NCBI RefSeq assembly: GCF_000271305.1
Contig: NZ_AKGD01000001.1
Span: 2,090,882-2,114,881 of the forward strand
DNA from: Hydrocarboniphaga effusa AP103
GTDB taxonomy: Bacteria; Pseudomonadota; Gammaproteobacteria; Nevskiales; Nevskiaceae
Length of the DNA stretch: 24,000 nucleotides
Direction: 5' to 3'
The position numbers and the translations under genes are program-made. The notes under the pieces were generated by a model. That model was not told the origin of the DNA and searched no databases. It saw only the letters and a list, made by a program, of their open reading frames with translations. Shown here piece after piece: positions 1 to 7,828 of this stretch. Numbering within the stretch: position 1 is the first letter of the stretch; every line of letters starts with the position of its first letter.

Positions 1-168
1 CCGGTCGAGAACCGCGTGGTCGCCGACCAGAAACGCATCATGACCCCGGCCGAGGCGATCAGGGCCGGTGCCGATTATCTGGTCATCGGCCGGCCGATCC
101 GCGATGCGGCCGATCCGCGGGCGATGGCGCTGGCGATCCAGCAGGAGATCGGCTCGGCGCTGGGGTGA
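1..168 (+). CDS. pyrF: orotidine 5'-phosphate decarboxylase, C-terminal fragment (5' end lies outside the window)
   Basis: Frame 1 is open from base 1 to TGA at 166-168. The translation ...[43 protein letters not shown]... matches the conserved C-terminal (D-Y-x-V-x-G-R-P-I) region of type-1 PyrF as I recall it from E. coli. It is absent from the ORF track because it has no start codon in the window. Confidence 0.8.
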   Translation, partial: PVENRVVADQKRIMTPAEAIRAGADYLVIGRPIRDAADPRAMALAIQQEIGSALG

Positions 169-287
169 TTTTTCCACGTGGCGAGAGCTTGTCGGCGGCG
201 TGCGCATCGCGCGGCGCATCCGGGCTCGGCCGACGGGGCTGAAGTTCGGGTGCTGGTTTCGAGCGCCCATTTTCCAGGAGTTCCGGC

Positions 288-890
288 ATGGAAGAAGTTG
301 AGCATCTGGAGATTCAGCTCCGCGCCTTGAGCCTCGCACTCCGCGAGCGCGACCTGGACACCGCTCGACACAGTCTTCGCACGAGCGCGCTGGCGCGCGC
401 GCTCGGTGAAGAATGCGGCCTCGATCGTCATCAGCTCGCGCTGCTCGAACTCGCTGCCCGCGTCCACGACCTCGGCAAGATCGGCGTTCCCGACCGTGTG
501 CTGCTCAAGCCCGGGCCGCTCGATGCGGACGAGTGGGCGCTGATGAAACAGCACTCGGAAAGTGGCGGCCGCTTGGTGCAGAGGCTCAGCGGCGATCATG
601 TCGATACCGTCGGGCTCATCGTTCGGCATCATCACGAGGCTTTCGACGGATCCGGCTATCCGGACGGCCTTGCGGGCGAAGACATCCCACTGCTGGCGCG
701 CATCGTCGCGCTGGCCGACAGCTACGATGCGATGGCGGTGGCACGGCCTTACCGGCGTCCGAAAACGCACCCGGAAATCATGACCATTCTGCACTCGGAG
801 AGCGGATCGCATTTCGATCCCCACCTGCTCGGCAAATTCAGCGCGCTGCTGAAGACGAGCCCCCTGAACGCCCATCCAGACTACGGTTGA
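288..890 (+). CDS. stand-alone HD-GYP domain protein (putative c-di-GMP phosphodiesterase)
   Basis: ATG at 288 is preceded by AGGAG at 275-279. Motifs seen: RHSLRT, VHDLGKIGVP (HD) and HHHEAFDGSGYPDGL (HHE...GYP). At 200 aa there is no receiver or sensor domain. Confidence 0.85.
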   Translation: MEEVEHLEIQLRALSLALRERDLDTARHSLRTSALARALGEECGLDRHQLALLELAARVHDLGKIGVPDRVLLKPGPLDADEWALMKQHSESGGRLVQRLSGDHVDTVGLIVRHHHEAFDGSGYPDGLAGEDIPLLARIVALADSYDAMAVARPYRRPKTHPEIMTILHSESGSHFDPHLLGKFSALLKTSPLNAHPDYG

Positions 891-908
891 TCGCGGCGAA
901 CGCGCGCA

Positions 909-1724
909 TCAGCCGCCGTCGGCGAACTCCGGATACAGCGTCATGCCCCCATCGACGAACAGGGTCTGGCCGGTGACGTAGTCGGCCGCGTCCGAGCACA
1001 GCCAGACGGCAGCCTGGCCGATGTCCTCGGGCTCACCGATGCGGCCGTAGGGAATCAGTTCGAGCAGCTTCTTGCGCGCTTCGGGCGTCTCCCAGGCCTC
1101 GCGGTTGATCGGTGTCCTGATCGCGCCGGGGCCGATCGAGTTGACGCGGATGCGCTTGGGTGCGAGCTCTTGCGCGATCGATTGCATGAGCAGCTTCACG
1201 CCGCCCTTGCTCGCCGCGTAGTTCGCGCGCTCGGCCCACGGAATCAGCTCGTGCACCGAGGACATGCAGACGATCTTGCCGAGCGCCTTCGACATCTCGC
1301 GCGGGCCGCGACGCAAGAATTCGCGCGCCGCGAGCTGGCAGCACAGGAACATGCCCGTGAGATTCGTGCCGATGACCTGGTTCCAGTCGTCCAGCGACAT
1401 GTCGACGAAGGCCGCATCGCGTTGCAGGCCGGCGTTGCTGATCAGGATGTCGAGCGTGCCGAACGCCGCGACGGACTGGTCGAACAGGGCTCGCGTTTCA
1501 TCGGGCTTCGAGATATCGGCCTTGATCGCGATCGCCGAGCGTCCGAGCGATTTGATCTGCGCGACGATTTCGTTGGCGCCATCCGGGCTCGAATAGTAGG
1601 CGACGACGACATCGGCCCCGGCCCTCGCGAGCGCAAGCGCGACGCCGGCCCCGATGCCGGAACTGCCGCCGGTGACGAGGGCCTTCTGTCCTGCGAGAAC
1701 CTGCGGCTGCTGGGGCTCGGTCAT
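909..1724 (-). CDS. SDR-family oxidoreductase, glucose 1-dehydrogenase-like
   Basis: The internal ATG at 1722-1724 gives MTEPQQ... followed by the Rossmann motif ALVTGGSSGIG, then NAG and the catalytic S...YAASK. The C-terminal half (IRVNSIGPGAIRTPIN...GEPEDIG..WL.SD.A.YVTGQTLFVDGGMTLYP) closely resembles Bacillus-type Gdh from memory. The track ORF's first 27 residues are an Arg/His-rich extension. Confidence 0.85.
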   Translation of the reverse strand: MTEPQQPQVLAGQKALVTGGSSGIGAGVALALARAGADVVVAYYSSPDGANEIVAQIKSLGRSAIAIKADISKPDETRALFDQSVAAFGTLDILISNAGLQRDAAFVDMSLDDWNQVIGTNLTGMFLCCQLAAREFLRRGPREMSKALGKIVCMSSVHELIPWAERANYAASKGGVKLLMQSIAQELAPKRIRVNSIGPGAIRTPINREAWETPEARKKLLELIPYGRIGEPEDIGQAAVWLCSDAADYVTGQTLFVDGGMTLYPEFADGG

Positions 1725-1821
1725 GCGGGTGTTCCGTCGGCGGTGATGCGATGGAGCATGCAAGTCCAAGCGCGATACAAACTGAACCGCGAGGATGAGG
1801 ACCACGCCGGCCGATGGACGC

Positions 1822-2958
1822 TCAGAACCAGTGTTCGCCGCGCTTCAGATCGTCGCGGAACCGGCGCAGCAGCTCGAACGGCCCGGTGATCTTGGCGCCG
1901 AGCCGCGCATTGGCCTGGCCGATCTCGAAGGCCAGCGCCCACTGCGAGAACATCGCCCGGTAGCCCGTCAGCAGCGGCGTGCCGGGCTGATAGATGTGCG
2001 CGCTCTCGGCGGTGACGCCGTTGAGCTCGATCACCTGCAGGCCCTCGCCTCGGCTCAGGTGCGCCGCGCTAGTCACGCGCAGGTCGATGCGCCCGAAGCC
2101 GTAGCCGGGCACCGCATCGAGCAGGCGCGTGAGCGTGGTGACGAGCGCGGGTGTCGCGAGCTTGCCGGCGTCGAGAAACAGGCTGCCGCGGCAGTGCGCG
2201 CCGATTTCGACCAGCTCGATGCGCTCGCCCGCGAGCGGCACTTCGTCGAGCTGCGCGGACCAGCGCGCGAACAGCGCGCTCGCGATGAGCCGTGCGCGCG
2301 CGTCCGCGAGGATCAGTTCGCGCAGCCTGCGCTTGCCGTCGCCGACGATGCCCGGGAAGGTCTTGTTCACGATCGACAGCACGCGCGGCTGCGTCTCGCC
2401 GGGCTTGCGCGCGACGAAGACGCCGTATTCCTCACCCTCGACGTAGCGCTGGGCGATCACGTCGCCGTCGAAGCGTTCGAGATAGTCGCGCAGGCCCTGG
2501 CCGTCGCGCGCGATGTAGACGCCGCGTCCGCGCGAGCCGACATCGGGCTTGAGCACGACGGGATATCCATGCTTTTCTGCGAAATCGAAGGCCGCGCTCA
2601 GGCGCAGCGGAGCGAAGCGCTCGTCGATCAGCACGAAGCACGCGACGAGTTCGGGCGCGTTGGCTTGCAGCGGTCCCAGCGCCTGATGCTTGCGCTCGCC
2701 GACCACGCCGCCGGCTTCGATCGCCGGATTCGCGGCGGTGAACGCCGTCCACGAGCGATGCTTCACGCCGAGCCACAGAATCCAGCCGATGATCGGCAGG
2801 TAGTACAGCCAGGCCGGCCAGAACTCCCAGCGGCGCGCGCGTTCGAGCGCGATGTTCCAGCGTGTCGCCAGAGGCAGGCTCACCGGCTCGGCTGCGCTCC
2901 ATGGCGCGAGGCTCGGCCGGCGCGTCACGATCGCCTCAGTGCGATGGCGGTCGTTCAT
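1822..2958 (-). CDS. membrane-anchored ATP-grasp carboxylate-amine ligase (RimK / D-Ala-D-Ala-ligase-like fold), substrate unknown
   Basis: N-terminal hydrophobic helix WPAWLYYLPIIGWILWLGV. ATP-grasp signatures: GYPVVLKPDVGSRGRGVYIA, AQRYVEGEEYGVFV and GFGRIDLRV...LQVIELNG. The chosen ATG (2956-2958) overlaps the upstream gene's stop by 23 nt; the track start at 3009 is also possible. Confidence 0.75.
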   Translation of the reverse strand: MNDRHRTEAIVTRRPSLAPWSAAEPVSLPLATRWNIALERARRWEFWPAWLYYLPIIGWILWLGVKHRSWTAFTAANPAIEAGGVVGERKHQALGPLQANAPELVACFVLIDERFAPLRLSAAFDFAEKHGYPVVLKPDVGSRGRGVYIARDGQGLRDYLERFDGDVIAQRYVEGEEYGVFVARKPGETQPRVLSIVNKTFPGIVGDGKRRLRELILADARARLIASALFARWSAQLDEVPLAGERIELVEIGAHCRGSLFLDAGKLATPALVTTLTRLLDAVPGYGFGRIDLRVTSAAHLSRGEGLQVIELNGVTAESAHIYQPGTPLLTGYRAMFSQWALAFEIGQANARLGAKITGPFELLRRFRDDLKRGEHWF

Positions 2959-3556
2959 GGTGACGCGTCGACGGTGCCTTGCCGAAATCGCGACCCAGGT
3001 CGATGCCATCCTGCGCGCAGTAGAGCTGGATCATCGCGTAGTGATGCACCGCATGGCTCGCGACGAACAGCAGCTCGCGCGCGATCGTCGACTGGCTCGC
3101 GAACACGGTCTCGCCGTCGAGGCCGCCGCGCAGCCGGATCGTCAGCGGATCGCGCAGCCATTCGATGCGCAAGGACGCCAGCAGCGCGCTCAACTGCTGC
3201 AGGCGCATGCGCGCGAACCGCGGCGACCGCTGCACCTGCGGATCGCGGCGGCGATCGTCGTAATCGATTCGTCGCTCGTGCAGATGCTCGAGCAGGGCTT
3301 CGTAGTGCTCGACCACGTGGCGCAGATGCGGGCCCGAATGCTGCGCGAAATCGGCCTGCGGACTGGCCTCGTGCGCCGCGATGACGGTCAACGCCTGGTC
3401 GAGCACCGCGCGGTTGTAATCGATCAGCTCGCTCAGCTCGATTGGCGATCGAGGGTTCGCAGCACCATCGTCGCCCCCGTCCTGGTGGCGGCTTTGGTTG
3501 GCGGCTTGCAGTCGGCTCGTGCCGTCGAGAAGCTTCCCTGCTTCCGTGGTTCGCAT
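2936..3556 (-). CDS. DinB/YfiT-like metal-dependent protein (putative)
   Basis: His-rich helices HLRHVVEHYEALLEHLH and ASHAVHHYAMIQLY resemble the His-triad four-helix bundle of DinB-family proteins. ATG at 3554-3556 has GAAGG upstream and sits 1 nt after the stop of the preceding gene (minus strand reads TGA-A-ATG). The alternative start is 3598. Confidence 0.5.
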   Translation of the reverse strand: MRTTEAGKLLDGTSRLQAANQSRHQDGGDDGAANPRSPIELSELIDYNRAVLDQALTVIAAHEASPQADFAQHSGPHLRHVVEHYEALLEHLHERRIDYDDRRRDPQVQRSPRFARMRLQQLSALLASLRIEWLRDPLTIRLRGGLDGETVFASQSTIARELLFVASHAVHHYAMIQLYCAQDGIDLGRDFGKAPSTRHHERPPSH

Positions 3557-3557
3557 T

Positions 3558-4091
3558 TCAGGTGCCTTCTGATGGACTCGTGTCCTTTCGAGTGGCACGC
3601 GCCTCGAGGCGCGAGTTGGGTTTGTGCGTGGTGCGTGACAGCAGCAGCGTGTAGCCGACGCAGTAGACGATGTTCGGAATCACACCGACGGCGAGCGTCA
3701 GCGCGATGTGCGGCGTGCCGACGATCAGGTGCGCGGTGATGAGCACCGAGTAGGTCAGCGTGAGCCCGGCGCACAGCGCGAACGCCATGCCTTCGAGCCG
3801 CGTGCGTCCGAGGCTGAAGAAGTAGCGCATGTTGGCCGCGTCGCAATACGTCAGCGCGGTGCTGATGACCCAATGCGTGAGCCCGGCGCGAATCGCGAGC
3901 GGCGGGCTCGCATGCCAGTTCACGCAGACGGCCCAGATCGCATAGACCATCGCGCCGAGCGCGGCCCCACCGAGCGAATCGGTGAGCCAGCGCAGCCTGC
4001 GCATGCGCGGTGAGGTCGTGGTCGGCGCCGATCTCATGCGTCGCATCCAGCTCCACTGCGCAGTCGAACAGGGGCAGGACGATGAGCCCAT
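3558..4091 (-). CDS. small integral membrane protein (about 4 TM helices), no recognised family
   Basis: ATG at 4089-4091 is preceded by GGAGAG. Four hydrophobic stretches: GAALGAMVYAIWAVCV, HWVISTALTY, MAFALCAGLTLTYSVLITAHLI and IALTLAVGVIPNIVYCVGYTLLL. Confidence 0.6.
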   Translation of the reverse strand: MGSSSCPCSTAQWSWMRRMRSAPTTTSPRMRRLRWLTDSLGGAALGAMVYAIWAVCVNWHASPPLAIRAGLTHWVISTALTYCDAANMRYFFSLGRTRLEGMAFALCAGLTLTYSVLITAHLIVGTPHIALTLAVGVIPNIVYCVGYTLLLSRTTHKPNSRLEARATRKDTSPSEGT

Positions 4092-4265
4092 CGGGTCCGC
4101 TCTCCGGAATGTTTCGACGCCCGCTTAAAACGAGCCGGGAAAGGCCTTATCGCAACGCAGCTACGCCGTATCGGGCATGAATTCAGCTTCATCGGTATCG
4201 GGCCGGGGAATGGGGATCGGAAACGGAAGCGGAGAATCGGGAATCGTCGAGACGAATTCCTGTTT

Positions 4266-5981
4266 TCACCGATGCCCGGCTCCTGCGGCCGCGCTCCCAA
4301 ACTTGTCCCGGACGCGCGGTGGAATGTCGGCCACGCGCACGAACACCAGGCCGTCGAGCGTGCTGCCGAAATCGGCATCGACGTTGAAGCCCGCGAAGCG
4401 TCCGTTGAGTTCGACGTAATGACGCACGAGCACCGGCAGGCCGACACCGCGTTCGAGCCTGGCGAGCACGCGCGAGAGCAGCGACGGATCGGCCAGTGCC
4501 GACACCACGTTGCGCGTCTCCTCGGCCGCGCGCGGCTGTTGCGGCGGCGTGCGCGGCCGCACGAGCGCGGCGAGTTCGGCATCGCTGTGATGCGCCGACA
4601 GCGCCGCCTCGATGAGCGCCTGGCCGGCCGCGCTGTAGCTCGGGCTGATGCTCACCGGACCGAACAGGCAGCGGATCTGCGGCTCGCGATCGAGCAGCGT
4701 CGCGATGCCGCTCCAGAGCAGGCGCAGCGCGCGGAAATTGCGCTGCCATTCCGGGCGCACGAACGAGCGGCCGAGCTCGATCGCCGGGCCGATGCGGCGC
4801 AGCAGGCGCTCGTCGTAATCGAACAGCGTGTGCGTGTAGAGCGCCGCCACGCCGCGCCTGGGCGTCAGCGCCTCGGTGAAGCCGAGCCGGTAGGCGCCGA
4901 TGATTTCGCGCTGCGTCTCGTGCCAGACGAACAGGTGTTCGTAGTGCGCATCGAAGGCATCGAGATCGCGAGCACGGCCGGTGCCTTCCTGCACCTGGCG
5001 AAAGCTCAGCTCGCGCAGCCGGCCAATCTCGAGCAGCAGCTGCGGAATCTGCGCGGCGCGCGCCCGAAAGACGCTGAAATTGGGCTGCGAGACGAGCTTG
5101 CACTCCACCGGCAGCGCAGCCACTTCGGCGGCCAGCGTGGCGGCGTCGATGGGCTCGGCGAGCGGCGCCTGCGCAGTGGCCGGCGCGAGCCGCGAACGGC
5201 CGCCGAGCGAATAGGTCAGCAGCCGCAGGTAAGCGGTCTGCGTCGAAGACTCCAGGCGTTCGAGTTCGGCCGCCTTGATCGGCTCGCCGACGTGCAGCTT
5301 CACCACGTCGCCGCGCTGGCGCAGCAGGTCGCGCGCGAGGCAGGCGGTGCGCAGGCGCGGATGCAGCGCCCCGGCGAGCAGCGAGCCCCAGGCGGCATGG
5401 CCGCCGATGCGCATCGGCAGAATCTGCGCCCCGCTGCGCCGCGCGAGCATCGCCACGCTGTCGGCCCAGGGCGGATCGGCGATGCGCTGGCCGCGCCAGT
5501 CCCAGCGGCTGACTTCGCCGGCCGGAAACACCACCAGGGCGCCGCCGTCCTTCAAATGGCGCATCGCCATGCGCAGGCCGGCCGCGCTCGCGCCGCGGCG
5601 GAACACGTCGATCGGGGCGATCAGCGGGGCGATCTCGGGCACGCGTCGCAGCAGCGTGTTGGCGAGCAGCAGCAGGTCCGGTCGCCGCGGCAGCAGCAGG
5701 TCGGCCAGCACCAGGCCGTCGGCGGCGCCGTAGGGATGATTGGCGACGATGATCAGCGGGCCGCTCTGCGGAATCTGGCTCGGCGAGCCCGAGGCCAGCA
5801 CCCAGCTCAGATCGATCTTCTGCAGGGCGAAGCGGACGAAGGCCTGCGGATTCAGGCCGCTCGGGGTGTCGCGGTACAACCGCGCGATCCGGCGCAGGCC
5901 GGTCGCGCGTTCGGCTATCGCGCTGAGCCAGCCCAGGCCGGGCGGGCGCGGCAGCGACAGCAGGGTGTCAGCCTCGGACAT
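4266..5981 (-). CDS. bifunctional acyltransferase: N-terminal PlsC-type lysolipid O-acyltransferase plus C-terminal OlsB-like GNAT N-acyltransferase (OlsF-like aminolipid synthase)
   Basis: ATG at 5979-5981 with AAGGAG 6 nt upstream. N-terminal half carries the acyltransferase motifs VANHPYGAADG and FPAGEVSR. C-terminal half (RLRELSFRQVQEGTGRARDLDAFDAHYEHLFVWHETQREIIGAYRLG) looks like OlsB / 'hemolysin-like' N-acyl amino acid synthases. The domain order matches what I recall for Serratia OlsF. Confidence 0.75.
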   Translation of the reverse strand: MSEADTLLSLPRPPGLGWLSAIAERATGLRRIARLYRDTPSGLNPQAFVRFALQKIDLSWVLASGSPSQIPQSGPLIIVANHPYGAADGLVLADLLLPRRPDLLLLANTLLRRVPEIAPLIAPIDVFRRGASAAGLRMAMRHLKDGGALVVFPAGEVSRWDWRGQRIADPPWADSVAMLARRSGAQILPMRIGGHAAWGSLLAGALHPRLRTACLARDLLRQRGDVVKLHVGEPIKAAELERLESSTQTAYLRLLTYSLGGRSRLAPATAQAPLAEPIDAATLAAEVAALPVECKLVSQPNFSVFRARAAQIPQLLLEIGRLRELSFRQVQEGTGRARDLDAFDAHYEHLFVWHETQREIIGAYRLGFTEALTPRRGVAALYTHTLFDYDERLLRRIGPAIELGRSFVRPEWQRNFRALRLLWSGIATLLDREPQIRCLFGPVSISPSYSAAGQALIEAALSAHHSDAELAALVRPRTPPQQPRAAEETRNVVSALADPSLLSRVLARLERGVGLPVLVRHYVELNGRFAGFNVDADFGSTLDGLVFVRVADIPPRVRDKFGSAAAGAGHR

Positions 5982-6141
5982 CGGGGCTCCTTGCTCGGGG
6001 TGTTGCGACGCCCTGACCGAAGCTGATGCCTCGTGCCGGCCGCCGTTTGTGATTATTTATCGACTTCCATAGGGTACATGAACGCCCGGTCGGACGCCTT
6101 GGCCGCTCATTCGTTGAGCCGGAGCGCGACGGAAACCCGGA

Positions 6142-6921
6142 CTAGGCCGGCGCCCGCTCGGGCCAGCGGAACGCCAGCGCGGTCTCGCCGAGCGGCACGC
6201 CGTCGTGGCCGAAGCGGCGCTCGACGATGCGCCCGGCGCCGTCGTGGCCGATCGTCACCACCGTGCTGCAGCGCGTGCCGTACTCCGGATTGCGGATGAA
6301 GGCCGGGGCGACCAGGCGCTCGAGCTCGAGTCCGACGCCGGTATCGGGCAGTTCGCCGTCGGTGGGCAGGTGTTCGCTGGCGAGCGCGTCGAACAGTGGC
6401 TCGAAGCGTTCGTCCGCAGCCTGCAGCCAGTCGGCGAGCGCTTCGCGCAGGGCGGTGGTCTTGGGCCAGGGCGTGTCGAGCGCCGCGTTCGAAAGCCCGT
6501 AGACGCCGGCCGCGAGCGATTGCGAGCGGGCCTGCGGCTGGTTGCTCGCGTAGACCCCGTGCTCGCGGTCGAACAGCAGCAGGTTGCAGCCGCCGTAGCG
6601 CGCCAATGTCGGCACGAGCGCATCCGCGTGCGCCCGCGCACCCGCATCGCCGCGCAGGAAATCGACCGCGAGCTTGCCGCGCGAGAGCAGGTGCGGTGCG
6701 GGTGGCTCGGGCAGGCGCACGTTGGTGACGGCGGCGAGCCGTCCGTTCTCCGAGACGCCGAGCCAGGTGCCGCGAGCCTGCAGGTCGCGGCCCGCGAGCA
6801 GGTCGGGCGCGTCGTCCCAACGCGCGAGCGCGGCGCTGGGACGGCCGTGGAATTCATCGCGATTGCCGATGAGCACGAGTCGGTAGCGCGGGTGTTGCCA
6901 GGCGAAGGCGATCAGACACAT
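6142..6921 (-). CDS. NRDE-family protein (TANGO2/DUF833-like)
   Basis: Starting at ATG 6919-6921 gives MCLIAFAW...LIGNRDEFHGRP, the family-typical Met-Cys N-terminus and the NRDE motif. The track start (GTG at 6951) adds 10 residues with no support. Confidence 0.8.
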   Translation of the reverse strand: MCLIAFAWQHPRYRLVLIGNRDEFHGRPSAALARWDDAPDLLAGRDLQARGTWLGVSENGRLAAVTNVRLPEPPAPHLLSRGKLAVDFLRGDAGARAHADALVPTLARYGGCNLLLFDREHGVYASNQPQARSQSLAAGVYGLSNAALDTPWPKTTALREALADWLQAADERFEPLFDALASEHLPTDGELPDTGVGLELERLVAPAFIRNPEYGTRCSTVVTIGHDGAGRIVERRFGHDGVPLGETALAFRWPERAPA

Positions 6922-6951
6922 GGGGAACACATGAGTAGGCAGGCGATCCAC

Positions 6952-7828
6952 GGCGGGCGTGCGCGCATGCTAACCAAGCTCGGCAATGTGGGCTTCTTTC
7001 TGGGTCGGCTGCGATCTGTTGAAAGGAGAATTTTCCGCAGGCTCACTCGATGTGATTTCGCTTCTGAAGATTGTGGCGCGCGCACAACAACTGAATGTTT
7101 TCTGCTGTAAGCGATGTCCCGCCTCGGGAGAATGGCACGATATGGTCAAAGTGCAGCTCATCCTCTGCCTCGCACAGACGGCATTTGCCACCGTCACGCT
7201 TCCAGACTTCGAGCTTCACTGCGGTTGGAATAACTCTTCTCCGCTCTGCGTCGATATGGACAGGCTCTGCCAGATCATCGTCGCCCTTCACAGCAATGAG
7301 CCGAAACTTAAATACTGTCCGGTGATCGTCGCGCTCCTGCCATGAGTCAACGAGGTGAAAGATGCCGTTGTATGACCATATGCCCGACTTGATCTTCTCG
7401 TAGACCCTTACCCGTTCCGGGGAACTCCGCCCCGCCTTGAAGGCCTGCGCAGCCTGGTGAAACTTGCCGTTCTGCGTTCGTTTTCCAGAAGGCAGCATTT
7501 CGGGTTGGTCAACGACCTTGGGATTGGGGCAGGAAGCGTCTTTCGGGTGATCGTGTCCTTCGTAGACCAAGACTGTTCCGCCTTCCTCCAGTCGGTCCTT
7601 GTATGGAGCATTAGGCCGAACCGACATGAGAATGACGGAATGATCGCCGCCGAGCCCATAGTTCATTCCGCGCTGCAGGTTTACACCTTCACGCCGACAC
7701 ATTTCGTTGTGGGAAAGAATGTTGTCCGGCATATGTCTCTGAATTCGGGCTAAGTAATTTGATTGCGGGGTAGGGCGGCGATAGCCCTTTCAAACGTTGA
7801 TGCACTTCGGTGACTCAACCAATTTTCA
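6952..7828. other. low-GC islet (probable horizontally acquired insertion) carrying one gene
   Basis: Hand counts of G+C per 60 nt: 34 (7141-7200), 32 (7321-7380) and 30 (7741-7800), against 45 (6601-6660) and 37 (7861-7920) in the flanking genes. I found no integrase, tRNA or convincing terminal repeats. Confidence 0.6.
7043..7732 (-). CDS. SRA(YDG)-domain / HNH nuclease fusion: putative type IV modification-dependent restriction endonuclease
   Basis: The C-terminus is a ββα-Me HNH: CRLCEAEDELHFDHIVPFSRGG...NIQLLCARHNLQKRN. The N-terminal 150 aa follow the SRA pattern: GVNLQRGMNY, SVILMS..YKDRLEEGGTVLVYEGHD, PERVRVYEKI and GIWSYNGIFHLVDSWQERDDHRTVFKFRLI (compare UHRF1 ...[26 protein letters not shown], from memory). 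Confidence 0.8.
   Translation of the reverse strand: MPDNILSHNEMCRREGVNLQRGMNYGLGGDHSVILMSVRPNAPYKDRLEEGGTVLVYEGHDHPKDASCPNPKVVDQPEMLPSGKRTQNGKFHQAAQAFKAGRSSPERVRVYEKIKSGIWSYNGIFHLVDSWQERDDHRTVFKFRLIAVKGDDDLAEPVHIDAERRRVIPTAVKLEVWKRDGGKCRLCEAEDELHFDHIVPFSRGGTSLTAENIQLLCARHNLQKRNHIE

Noticed and set aside
1795-3384. 529-aa plus-strand ORF antisense to the ATP-grasp and DinB-like genes
   Set aside because: The translation is Arg/Ala/Gly/Asp-rich and low-complexity with no motif. It is the typical shadow ORF opposite a real gene in GC3-biased DNA, and the minus-strand products have clear domain signatures.
4272-6026. 584-aa plus-strand ORF antisense to the OlsF-like gene
   Set aside because: Same shadow-ORF character (runs of R, A, G, Q, E). 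The minus-strand frame carries acyltransferase and GNAT motifs and a good RBS.
6986-7753. Plus-strand ORFs 6986..7345 (119 aa) and 7457..7753 (98 aa) as possible partner genes (immunity protein or methylase) of the HNH nuclease
   Set aside because: Both lie entirely antisense to the SRA-HNH gene. They have no motifs or RBS and are too small for a methyltransferase.
7018-7797. Terminal inverted repeats or mobile-element borders for the low-GC islet (tgttgaaagg near 7018 against cctttcaaac near 7783)
   Set aside because: Only a match of about 9 nt with a mismatch, which is expected by chance. No transposase, integrase, tRNA target or direct target-site duplication was found, so I do not call a mobile element.
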